Shown piece after piece: positions 60,801 to 64,000 of a stretch of 64,000 nt of DNA. The stretch spans positions 62,001 through 126,000 of the forward strand of contig JAQGDQ010000337.1 in assembly GCA_030141605.1 (NCBI GenBank), written 5' to 3'. Both the position numbers and the translations under genes were made by a program. The notes beneath the pieces are model-generated. The model did no database searches and had not been told where the DNA came from. It saw only the letters and a list, made by a program, of their open reading frames with translations. Positions within the stretch are counted from its first letter, which is position 1. The number at the start of each line of letters is the position of its first letter. The stretch is from Tubiluchus corallicola (lineage: Eukaryota > Animalia > Priapulida).

Positions 60801-63645
60801 ACTGGTGCTTCTTGTTCATGAAGAGAAATGGATTAAGTTTGCGGACCAGAACCAAACTTGCTCAAAAGATGCCTGCTGCCTACGAGGAGAAGATTCTCCA
60901 GTTTCACTCCTATGTGATAAACTTGAGGCAAAACACGAATTTTGAGCTCAGCCAGATAGCAAATATGGATGAGGTTCCATAAAAACCAGTGGCCATGAGA
61001 AGACCCACTATACAGTTGTCTTGGCATGCTGTGCCAATGGAACCAAACTGCCTCCAATGCTTATCTTTAAGAGAAAGACATTACCCAAAGAGAGTCTGCC
61101 CCGTGGAGTTGTTGTTCATGTTCAGGAGAAAGGGTGGATGAATCAAGATGGTATGAAGATGTGGTGGGAGAAGATTTGGACGAAAAGACCTGGAGCCCTT
61201 TTGAGAAAACCCGCTCTCCTTGTCTTTGACCAGTTCAGAGCCCACCTGACAGAAGAGACGAACAAGCTGGCTGCACAATCAAAAACTCGGTTGGCTGTCA
61301 TTCCCGGTGGATTAACCAGCCAGTTGCAACCCCTTGATGTCTCCATCAACAAACCTTTCAAGAATCTGATGCGAGAGGAGTGGACGAAGTGGATGCAAGA
61401 TGCCGACTCCAATCTGACACCAACTGGCAAGGTAAGAAAGCCAACCCTTGGAGAAGTCTGCAGCTGGGTCCTCAAGGCATGGAATGGTGTAAAGCCAGAG
61501 GTCATTATTAAATCTTTCAAGAAGTGTGGCATCTCCAATGCCATGGACGGCACAGAGGACAATGCCATTTTTGAGCAGAGTGACTCCTCTGATGATGAAC
61601 TGGCTGGAATTGCAGTTGATATTTTTGATGAGAGTGATGAGGAATTTAATGATTTCTATGATGAATAAAGTTATTCATTACCAAAAAACTTTTTTCCAGA
61701 ATTTTTGCCTAAAAATTGAAGGGGTCTCTTATACACAAGGGTCTCTTATACACGGGAAAATACGGTATATTCTTCAGCTGCACTACTTATGGCAAAAAAT
61801 CTATTAATTAAAGTTGTTCAACAGCTAAATGACTATAACCGCTTAAAAAAATCTGTAGTTTCTGACCCAGGAACAGATCTCACAGTTTTTTTATTCTCAG
61901 TCTGATGTGTTAACCATTATCAAACAAAGATGAGCACAAATCTGCTCTTTATCATGATGCTAATGCTTAGTACTGCTCAGCTTCAAACTAGCCTATCATA
62001 GGACAGACTTGCATTATGAGACAAAAAAGTGCTTTTATGACTAGTAAAATTCAAATGTTTCCAGTTTTAATAAATAGATGTGTTAAATCAACGTACCTAG
62101 TAAAATTCAAATTTAGTAAAATGTTTTAATAAATTAATGTACCAAGCCAATGCACCATATGATTTTAAGTCTGAAATAAACTGTTAACTTTAATAGTTCA
62201 AGGACTAATTTGCTCTGTCAGCTTCCTAAGGTGCAAAGAGTATATAATTATTAGTTGTTTAGCTAGTCGACTTGATTAGCAATCTTTGAACTATGCTGGC
62301 TATTTCAGATGCAAATCCTGTGATTTCATATTCTGTAATTAATTTTAAACAAACTAAATTGTCAATTATCAATCTTTGGCACCAACAGGTGAAACTAATT
62401 ACCGATTTTATACACACTTACTAGGTACTGCATAGCCAGCTTTCTCCGGAGTGGTCCAGGTGGCCCGATCAGAAAAATGTCCTGCCGTAGTAAATCCTGA
62501 AAATACATCACATCCAACTCATGTATGTATGCAATTTCTCATAAGTGTAAAGTGAAATTTTTTAACTTCTACATTGAATTAAAACACATGTAATTTTTGC
62601 ATATAATCGCTCAGTTCGAAATCTGAAACTTTTGCTCATTCTTCTAAAAATCCAATTAGAAAAATAAGCTTCATGTTAAAAGAAAACTCTATTTCCACAT
62701 TAAAATTTCAACCATATTAACCACTTCCATCACCTTTATACTGCATCAAGCTACTCATTATAAATTCATTATCCTCAATCTCTAGAGCTCAGGAAGCCAA
62801 ACATAACAAAAATGTATAATTACAAGCTATTCACGTTTCAATGTGGGACATCTTATATATAACACGTATAGGATAATAAGAACAACACAAAATTAGTCAA
62901 GCAAAGATTGCCCCTTGTTATCAGTACCTTTTGCATCATCCATCGCAAGTGCTGCAGTGTAGATTGTGGTATTGGTGATGGCACTATTAAGAAATAAACA
63001 AAAGAACATTGTTTTAAAATCACACTTTACTAAAGTTGCCTTATTTCTTATTTTCTTAAATAAATAATACTTTATTAAATATAATAAGCATTTACAAATA
63101 TTATTTAATGCAGTTCAATTTCTGTCACATTATTCTTACGCATAATTCCAAAGTTGTAAATGCTTACACACACGTGTTGCATAAAATATACCAAGTGCAA
63201 GTGCACTTCAAACGAAAAATTTTACGAGACGCTTAATCAAAATTATAGGATTAAAAATTATACCTAAAAAAAATGAACAAGTTTTTAAAATGGTTAAGTG
63301 GAGCTAAAACTGGCTAAAACATTTGAACACCGAATCACAGAGAAAATCCGAAAAAAGTTTACAATGGTCAGACCAACAGGTGAATCAATGTCTAATGAAT
63401 CAATTACCTTTAATGTCTATTAAAAGATCAGGCAGCAAATTATGAAAACCTGATCAGACATTTCTGAGATTATTCATTGTGTGAGGCACTTTTTAACAAA
63501 AATATTCCAGAGTGAAAAACGTTGTTTTCATTTAGAAAAAATAAAAAACGACACTTACGGTAGTTTACAGGCACAAGCTCTGGATTCTTTGGCGGTCTGA
63601 GTTTTGCGGAAACATCACCAATATTTACAACCAAATCATTAGTTC
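1314..63645 (-). CDS. VWA8: von Willebrand factor A domain-containing protein 8 (AAA+ ATPase), multi-exon gene, partial at both ends
   Basis: 38 phase-consistent exons translate to a protein colinear with vertebrate VWA8 as I recall it (LIGPPGPLRR, LEGIEKAERNVLPVLNNLLENREM, GGKGSGKS, GNQGVGKNK, VVDEADKAP, GGTGGRDTAGLGGVGGPYRLDAG). The start exon lies beyond 64000 and the VWA-domain exons below position 1. Confidence 0.97.
1475..1580. repeat. (TC)n microsatellite
   Basis: Seen directly. Confidence 0.98.
2420..2585 (-). CDS. VWA8: VWA8 exon (GTGGRDTAGLGGVGGPYRLDAGHDV...AFKER)
   Basis: Gly-rich conserved motif; AG/GT bounded. Confidence 0.97.
3025..3390 (+). repeat. Dispersed repeat, copy 1
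   Basis: Colinear with 48451-48835 (CTGCTAGTAAATCACT, GTTACTGAACTGATG, CAGCAACTGCG). Confidence 0.8.
3600..3961. mobile_element. Partial copy of the TTCGA-rich MITE
   Basis: Colinear with about 31290-31654, same right end (TCTGGTAGAGTACTCGCCCCTA). Confidence 0.75.
4694..5529. mobile_element. Tigger/pogo-like non-autonomous element
   Basis: Degenerate TIR (C/T)AGTCA(A/C)AC..(C/T)GTTATA with TA flanks and internal CGTTATAAC repeats. Confidence 0.65.
5718..6072. mobile_element. Degenerate hAT-type MITE
   Basis: Ends CAGGGGTGCAGC / GCTATTCCACTG; imperfect 8 bp flanks GTTTTAAT and ATTATAAT. Confidence 0.55.
7100..7176. repeat. (GT)n microsatellite
   Basis: Seen directly. Confidence 0.95.
7482..8090. 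mobile_element. hAT-like MITE with tandemly duplicated right end
   Basis: Left end CAAGGTTCCCACGG; right end TGGGAACCCTG occurs twice (near 7911 and 8003); repeated GTCATGGAAA / GTCAGGGAAA motifs. Confidence 0.65.
11290..11665. repeat. Purine-rich hexamer simple repeat (GATAAG/GGAAAG/GATAAT)
   Basis: Seen directly. Confidence 0.9.
12247..12346 (-). CDS. VWA8: VWA8 exon (VTIERDSGKAPTAPKHGKIDPLNMPHAGGNMWAG)
   Basis: PKHGKxDPxNxPHxGGNxWAG motif. Confidence 0.96.
12440..12644 (-). CDS. VWA8: VWA8 exon (QPATKSPYSGWLAEI...VTVDAGGCVRLWETGL...ERHLQ)
   Basis: AG/GT bounded, phase 2-0. Confidence 0.95.
13592..13670 (-). CDS. VWA8: VWA8 exon (GSSSVVSDYLEVADLGHHKLRYIPVP)
   Basis: AG/GT bounded, phase 1-2; YxEVxDL..KLRYIP conserved. 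Confidence 0.92.
13857..14090. repeat. About 60 bp direct repeat pair about 170 bp apart
   Basis: AAAATTCACT.ATTAA.TTTCTAAT..CATAATTGTGAATGGATC.GTTTTGAATTG occurs twice. Confidence 0.85.
14398..14590 (-). CDS. VWA8: VWA8 exon (SDIEIHSF...QVVRAVPAWKVPKDVFPP)
   Basis: AG/GT bounded, phase 0-1. Confidence 0.88.
15073..15226 (-). CDS. VWA8: VWA8 exon (SGHSDVEV...QKITAPNRTF...YANVAIGFPEIS)
   Basis: NAGNAG acceptor (cagtag), gtacgt donor; QKIxxPNR and GFP conserved. Confidence 0.88.
15716..16540. repeat. 26 bp minisatellite (GAATGTGTGTTTCTCTCACTGAGAGA), about 31 copies
   Basis: Head-to-tail tandem units without spacers. Confidence 0.97.
16903..16989 (-). CDS. VWA8: VWA8 exon (QYVLTASKTDAGLIATCKIEALSIQDVSG)
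   Basis: AG/GT bounded, phase 2-2; resembles KYLLT...C. Confidence 0.8.
17118..17526. mobile_element. Tc1/mariner-type MITE
   Basis: About 24 bp TIR CACT(C/T)ATATCTCGGTTTGCCGGAC, TA TSD; related inverted copy at about 45450-45743. Confidence 0.85.
18314..18436 (-). CDS. VWA8: VWA8 exon (SDVLNAVCLNTG...AAVDKWLVTSVDNR)
   Basis: AG/GT bounded, phase 2-2; DKWL motif. Confidence 0.85.
18868..19368. mobile_element. Tigger-like MITE
   Basis: TIR C(G/A)GTGTTCCC(T/C)CACT, TA TSD, repeated TCGCGG subterminal motifs. Confidence 0.85.
19553..19617 (-). CDS. VWA8: VWA8 exon (DRHKVAPEFCHENTFIHYQIN)
   Basis: AG/GT bounded, phase 0-2; resembles YKMCKEFSHKNWLVFY. Confidence 0.8.
19668..19910. repeat. About 120 bp tandem duplication
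   Basis: TGTGTTGAAATCAT...GGGTCAGTGAATGCTACTTG...GAGTCCGGATG occurs twice. Confidence 0.9.
20908..21800 (+). mobile_element. 5'-truncated non-LTR retrotransposon (LINE) with (AAT)n tail
   Basis: RT C-terminal motifs DIALLS...LREMLKICEKYGIKWSISLNPNKT, VKYLG, LYGCE; AATAAA then (AAT)n at 21764-21800; possible TSD ATTAACA(T/A)TG. Confidence 0.88.
22467..22577 (-). CDS. VWA8: VWA8 exon (ANLTFFINPAAATVSPFKLTSFLETVAEKVSWRFQQE)
   Basis: tttccag acceptor, gtgagc donor, phase 0-0; divergent but fills the expected gap. Confidence 0.8.
22775..23110. repeat. Degenerate (CAAA)n simple repeat
   Basis: Seen directly; explains the overlapping low-complexity ORFs. Confidence 0.95.
23228..23245 (+). promoter_or_regulatory. 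Conserved TATA-containing block upstream of lectin copy A
   Basis: ATCTATAAATTGATCAGA is also present upstream of copy B although neighbouring sequence has diverged; about 350 nt before the ATG. Confidence 0.35.
23583..24802 (+). CDS. Nested secreted PAN/apple + C-type lectin domain protein, copy A (exons 23583-23877 and 24408-24802; 229 aa)
   Basis: Signal-peptide-like N-terminus, PAN Cys pattern (CAAFC-x5-CIGFN...CEL), GAG|gtaagt donor, tttacag acceptor, CTLD motifs (FRGSCYY, W..ARQAC...GGDLVS, GKYVW, WGLGEP, YVCE), AATAAA at 24909 and 24937. Confidence 0.9.
25569..25586 (+). promoter_or_regulatory. Conserved TATA-containing block upstream of lectin copy B
   Basis: Same ATCTATAAATTGATCAGA block, about 290 nt before the ATG. 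Confidence 0.35.
25864..27382 (+). CDS. Nested secreted PAN/apple + C-type lectin domain protein, copy B (exons 25864-26158 and 26988-27382; 229 aa)
   Basis: Paralog of copy A with identical exon lengths (295 and 395 nt), intact frame and splice sites, AATAAA at 27532. Confidence 0.9.
28823..29485. mobile_element. PIF/Harbinger-like non-autonomous element
   Basis: Imperfect TIR AGCCAGG.T.TCAT.GGG and 3 bp TSD TTA. Confidence 0.7.
29604..29800 (-). CDS. VWA8: VWA8 exon (GEEADLIHIATCNPVSL...VDLFDVFP...PLGGALSGCVVVHEER)
   Basis: AG/GT bounded, phase 1-0. Confidence 0.92.
30464..30963. mobile_element. hAT-type MITE
   Basis: TIR CAG(A/G)GGTGTGCAAATT, perfect 8 bp TSD CTATAGAC, GCGGGCCGCA subterminal repeats. 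Confidence 0.9.
31260..31654. mobile_element. hAT-type MITE rich in TTCGA motifs
   Basis: TIR TAGGG(T/G)TGAGCA, TSD ATT(G/A)CCGC; second copy near 3600-3961. Confidence 0.8.
32048..32196 (+). pseudogene. Orphan exon fragment encoding an usherin-like fibronectin type III repeat
   Basis: attttag acceptor then GVITSFVLMRNGVELYEGLTYSYADSNNVQPYKVYIYNLKACTKAGCTVS; the PY..Y.Y...ACT.AGC pattern is typical of usherin FN3 repeats; no other exons seen. Confidence 0.72.
32434..32572 (-). CDS. VWA8: VWA8 exon (KPLPVESRMYKLDRVDARSTKFSEQQSYWNISMHETNIVCDVAVTI)
   Basis: Resembles human RSLNFTEECASWRIPLDEINIICDIA; weak aaaag acceptor so 5' boundary less certain. Confidence 0.85.
32806..33243. repeat. 44 bp minisatellite (GATGTAAGTACATTCTATATAGACTGGTGAGTTGAGAATCGTAT), about 10 copies
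   Basis: Head-to-tail tandem units. Confidence 0.97.
34771..34870 (+). mobile_element. SINE-like head with tRNA A/B boxes and a 5S-like segment
   Basis: TAGTCTAATGG ... AAGCTAA...GCCTGGTCAGTAAGTAGATGGGTGACC ... GGTTCAATC. Confidence 0.45.
35222..35321 (-). CDS. VWA8: VWA8 exon (LPLPAPKIVSIWNM...LCPVEIRELTVK), probable GC donor
   Basis: ctag acceptor; LCPVE conserved; ends either at AAG|GCAAGC (35222) or ACG|GTGAAG (35228). Confidence 0.85.
35739..36282. mobile_element. Tigger/pogo-like MITE (diverged)
   Basis: Ends CGGTAGGCGTTGCTTAATAGACTCAC and GTGAGACTAATAAACGGCACATACTG are imperfect inverted repeats with TA flanks. Confidence 0.65.
36670..36821 (-). CDS. VWA8: VWA8 exon (KFPDEGLVSVVRNVFDFDQY...HGIPIGAKTQDVTLAAE)
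   Basis: AG/GT bounded, phase 0-2. Confidence 0.95.
36962..37361. mobile_element. hAT-type MITE
   Basis: TIR CAG(T/G)GGC(A/G)TATTAA, perfect 8 bp TSD AGTACAAG. Confidence 0.9.
38100..38561 (+). mobile_element. LINE 3' fragment with C-terminal zinc knuckle
   Basis: RLNMIKVKGNYK...CPVCEEDDDTTEHMLRC (CCHC), followed by a short 3' region and an A run. Confidence 0.75.
39177..39382 (-). CDS. VWA8: VWA8 exon (GDIYSCHAVDNPD...YPYSTREVVNIIRHLQ)
   Basis: AG/GT bounded, phase 1-0. Confidence 0.96.
39681..39846. repeat. 42 bp tandem repeat x4 (AATTATAATTATAAGTTAAAGTCACACTGCAATTAGGCCAGT)
   Basis: Four near-identical units. Confidence 0.95.
41013..41132 (-). CDS. VWA8: VWA8 exon (...NVIVMHPDFRMIVLANRPGFPFLGNDFFGAL)
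   Basis: AG/GT bounded, phase 1-1. Confidence 0.96.
42338..42479 (-). CDS. VWA8: VWA8 exon (VRAVKLRHVLVVDEADKAPTHVTCILKSLVE...)
   Basis: Walker B VVDE; AG/GT bounded. Confidence 0.96.
43218..43293 (-). CDS. VWA8: VWA8 exon (DTTVQTLTLQPTVKEGLIVYEDSPL)
   Basis: AG/GT bounded, phase 2-0. Confidence 0.96.
43923..44071 (-). CDS. VWA8: VWA8 exon (HLRVMEDMLKDFMLGEHLLLVGNQGVGKNKIADRF...LHR)
   Basis: Walker A GNQGVGKN; AG/GT bounded. Confidence 0.97.
44413..44795. repeat. About 135 bp tandem triplication covering a VWA8 exon 3' end and donor
   Basis: Units start near 44413, 44549 and 44684; each has TACTTGTGC.TTCT.GTA.AACAAT. Confidence 0.88.
44768..44874 (-). CDS. VWA8: VWA8 exon (CEVKHGILRIGQTEVPV...VPDILFYENAQ)
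   Basis: AG/GT bounded, phase 1-0. Confidence 0.93.
45450..45743. mobile_element. Diverged inverted copy of the 17118-17526 MITE
   Basis: CACTCATAACTCGGTTTGCC left end, CCGGTAAACTAAGACATGAGTG right end, shared internal AGTCCTGCATACTA. Confidence 0.7.
45985..46094 (-). CDS. VWA8: VWA8 exon (FLPTMAKQTLDQNMAEANI...KSVT)
   Basis: AG/GT bounded, phase 2-1. Confidence 0.9.
46899..47014 (-). CDS. VWA8: VWA8 exon (VISLSSSLSTRQLIRIAQRLSKYPYESLYEAINKACLTR)
   Basis: AG/GT bounded; SLSTRQL motif. Confidence 0.94.
47442..47516 (-). CDS. VWA8: VWA8 exon (VAGSTNLLQPLLRLVHDLRKSTDPT)
   Basis: cag acceptor, gtaagt donor, phase 0-0. Confidence 0.9.
47978..48152 (-). CDS. VWA8: VWA8 exon (QVYSVHPSFRIMGLAEPPVVG...ILESL)
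   Basis: AG/GT bounded; HPSFRIxxLAEPP conserved. Confidence 0.94.
48451..48835 (+). repeat. Dispersed repeat, copy 2
   Basis: Colinear with 3025-3390. Confidence 0.8.
49395..49877. mobile_element. GC-richer hAT-like MITE
   Basis: Ends GGGTGTCCG / CGGACACCC inverted; no clean TSD. Confidence 0.5.
49974..50087 (-). CDS. VWA8: VWA8 exon (LVHDRELTLPDGTRLFRHDRY...)
   Basis: AG/GT bounded, phase 2-2. Confidence 0.93.
50195..50355 (-). CDS. VWA8: VWA8 exon (DMTARDLLQQRTTLPNGDT...LDGIHRINAGTLAILQR)
   Basis: AG/GT bounded; overlaps ORF track 50089..50352. Confidence 0.96.
51227..51304 (-). CDS. VWA8: VWA8 exon (GSGKSVLANQFARLLNYQVEPIMLYQ)
   Basis: Completes Walker A GGKGSGKS. Confidence 0.95.
51633..51767 (-). 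CDS. VWA8: VWA8 exon (VPRGTRQ...ELLQSHMVHDTCLIGGK)
   Basis: AG/GT bounded; first half of Walker A. Confidence 0.93.
52130..52369 (+). pseudogene. Orphan frameshifted exon fragment of a group I-like metabotropic glutamate receptor
   Basis: ctttttcag acceptor then GIYGASGIDAFKTLAREEGVCIATSEKV / frameshift / ENDEDKEFDNVVRALNSTPKARVVACFCKGTTIRGLLEATGRLGLVGYFTL*, matching the mGluR1/5 Venus-flytrap segment GNYGESG..AFK...EG.CIA...PKARVVACFCEGMTVRGLL. Confidence 0.88.
53416..53535 (-). CDS. VWA8: VWA8 exon (NFELLPSTSSELHGKVKVV...GKESTVK)
   Basis: AG/GT bounded, phase 0-0, fills the expected gap in a divergent region. Confidence 0.85.
54169..54394. repeat. 112 bp tandem duplication including a VWA8 splice donor
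   Basis: Two near-identical units, both ending CTTGACTCACTTTGAAT. Confidence 0.93.
54389..54493 (-). CDS. VWA8: VWA8 exon (NDVPHVEPHSLLLRLYPYKLFLPKDGHASVEDTFK)
   Basis: cag acceptor, gtgagt donor; LYPY motif conserved. Confidence 0.9.
54658..54766 (-). CDS. VWA8: VWA8 exon (VSQMLSFAYTLLSQESSSLGLPDFPIMNLEKIIGIM)
   Basis: AG/GT bounded, phase 2-0. Confidence 0.92.
54905..55050. mobile_element. Helitron/Helentron-like (HINE-type) remnant
   Basis: Degenerate (TTAGGG)-like tract followed by hairpin GGAAC-TGCAA-GTTCC. Confidence 0.4.
55611..55767 (-). pseudogene. Ectopic partial copy of VWA8 exon 63559-63645 plus its upstream intron
   Basis: Near-identical to 63602-63750, including the acceptor and GTNDLVVNIGDVSAK codons. 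Confidence 0.92.
55900..56114 (-). CDS. VWA8: VWA8 exon (EHSQSELDAWKLVKVDENFRVIALGLPIPRYRGNPLDPPLRSRFQARD...)
   Basis: AG/GT bounded; contains LDPPLRSRF motif. Confidence 0.95.
56500..56730. repeat. Compound minisatellite (TAGCACTTGTAATTG / TAGCACAAGGTACTTG)
   Basis: Two related 15-16 bp subunits alternating irregularly. Confidence 0.93.
56799..56966 (-). CDS. VWA8: VWA8 exon (CAVKAAIHGRVLVLEGIEKAERNVLPVLNNLLENREM...YEKLLK)
   Basis: AG/GT bounded, phase 0-0. Confidence 0.95.
58314..58450 (-). mobile_element. LINE/SINE 3' end remnant
   Basis: On the minus strand: stem-loop AGGGTGGC...GCCACCCT, then AATAAA and a (TTGAA)n tail. Confidence 0.6.
59308..59418 (-). CDS. VWA8: VWA8 exon (ELMKKEVEYIALSRDTTENDLKQRREIQQGTAYHIDQ)
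   Basis: AG/GT bounded, phase 0-0, strong similarity. Confidence 0.95.
59958..61765 (+). mobile_element. pogo-superfamily (Passer/POGK-like, DD35D) DNA transposon, internally deleted
   Basis: Perfect 29 bp TIRs CCGTATTTTCCCGTGTATAAGAGACCCTT, TA target duplication at both ends, subterminal GGGGTCTCTTATAC repeats, transposase remnants inside. Confidence 0.95.
60448..61668 (+). pseudogene. Disrupted pogo transposase (Brinker-like DBD, CENP-B-type HTH, DDE_1)
   Basis: RASYPANFKPKVIQFAEEQG; WPNLEKSLKVWV...FMKRNGLSLRTRT; ANMDEVP, LVFDQFRAH and LQPLDVSINKPFK with 35 residues between the 2nd and 3rd D; frameshifts near 60525 and 60980. Confidence 0.92.
62422..62496 (-). CDS. VWA8: VWA8 exon (DLLRQDIFLIGPPGPLRRKLAMQYL)
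   Basis: AG/GT bounded; degenerate Walker A region of first AAA module. Confidence 0.95.
62928..62983 (-). CDS. VWA8: VWA8 exon (LPSPIPQSTLQHLRWMMQK)
   Basis: AG/GT bounded, phase 1-0; QHLRWxMQK conserved. Confidence 0.92.
63559..63645 (-). CDS. VWA8: VWA8 exon (GTNDLVVNIGDVSAKLRPPKNPELVPVNY)
   Basis: tttag acceptor, gtaagt donor; resembles human TVNIGDVSYKLKIPKNPELVPQNY. Confidence 0.93.
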
Positions 63646-64000
63646 CTAAAGTGAACAATAAGACATACGTATGTGATTTAGGAATGCGAATAGCTTCAGT
63701 ACTAACCATCAACAAGGATACCCTACACAATTTTTTACTGACACAAAAGAAATTGAAATACAATAACTTTATATACAATAGTTAAAGAAATAAAGAAATA
63801 AAGCCTCATAACCAGTCACCAAACTCTCATACCTATAGGTTACAAATTACAATAAATTGCAGGTATGGCAGGTAGCCTCCTTTCACTTAATAAACACGCA
63901 AGTGAATTACACAGTGAATTCTGCTCAAAGCTGTACCTGTTCCATAACTGTTACACGTTCCTGATGCCAGAACAGAAGTGTTTAAAACTTGTCGTAAAAA

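Overview
AT-rich eukaryotic genomic DNA, most likely from an invertebrate animal (inferred from intron size, repeat landscape and protein similarity). The whole window lies inside one large minus-strand gene, VWA8 (mitochondrial MoxR-type AAA+ ATPase with a C-terminal VWA domain). I traced 38 coding exons with consistent splice phases from 63645 down to 1314; the first exon and the VWA-domain exons fall outside the window. One 7 kb intron holds two tandem, opposite-strand, two-exon genes encoding secreted PAN/apple + C-type-lectin proteins with an atypical lectin domain. Other introns carry orphan exon fragments of unrelated genes (a group I metabotropic glutamate receptor, an usherin-like FN3 repeat) and a patchwork copy of VWA8's own exon, each keeping its splice acceptor. 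There is also a defective pogo/Passer (DD35D) transposon with perfect TIRs, many hAT/Tigger/Harbinger-type MITEs, LINE 3' fragments, 5S/tRNA-like SINE remnants and several minisatellites. All protein identifications are from recalled motifs and homologues, not database searches.
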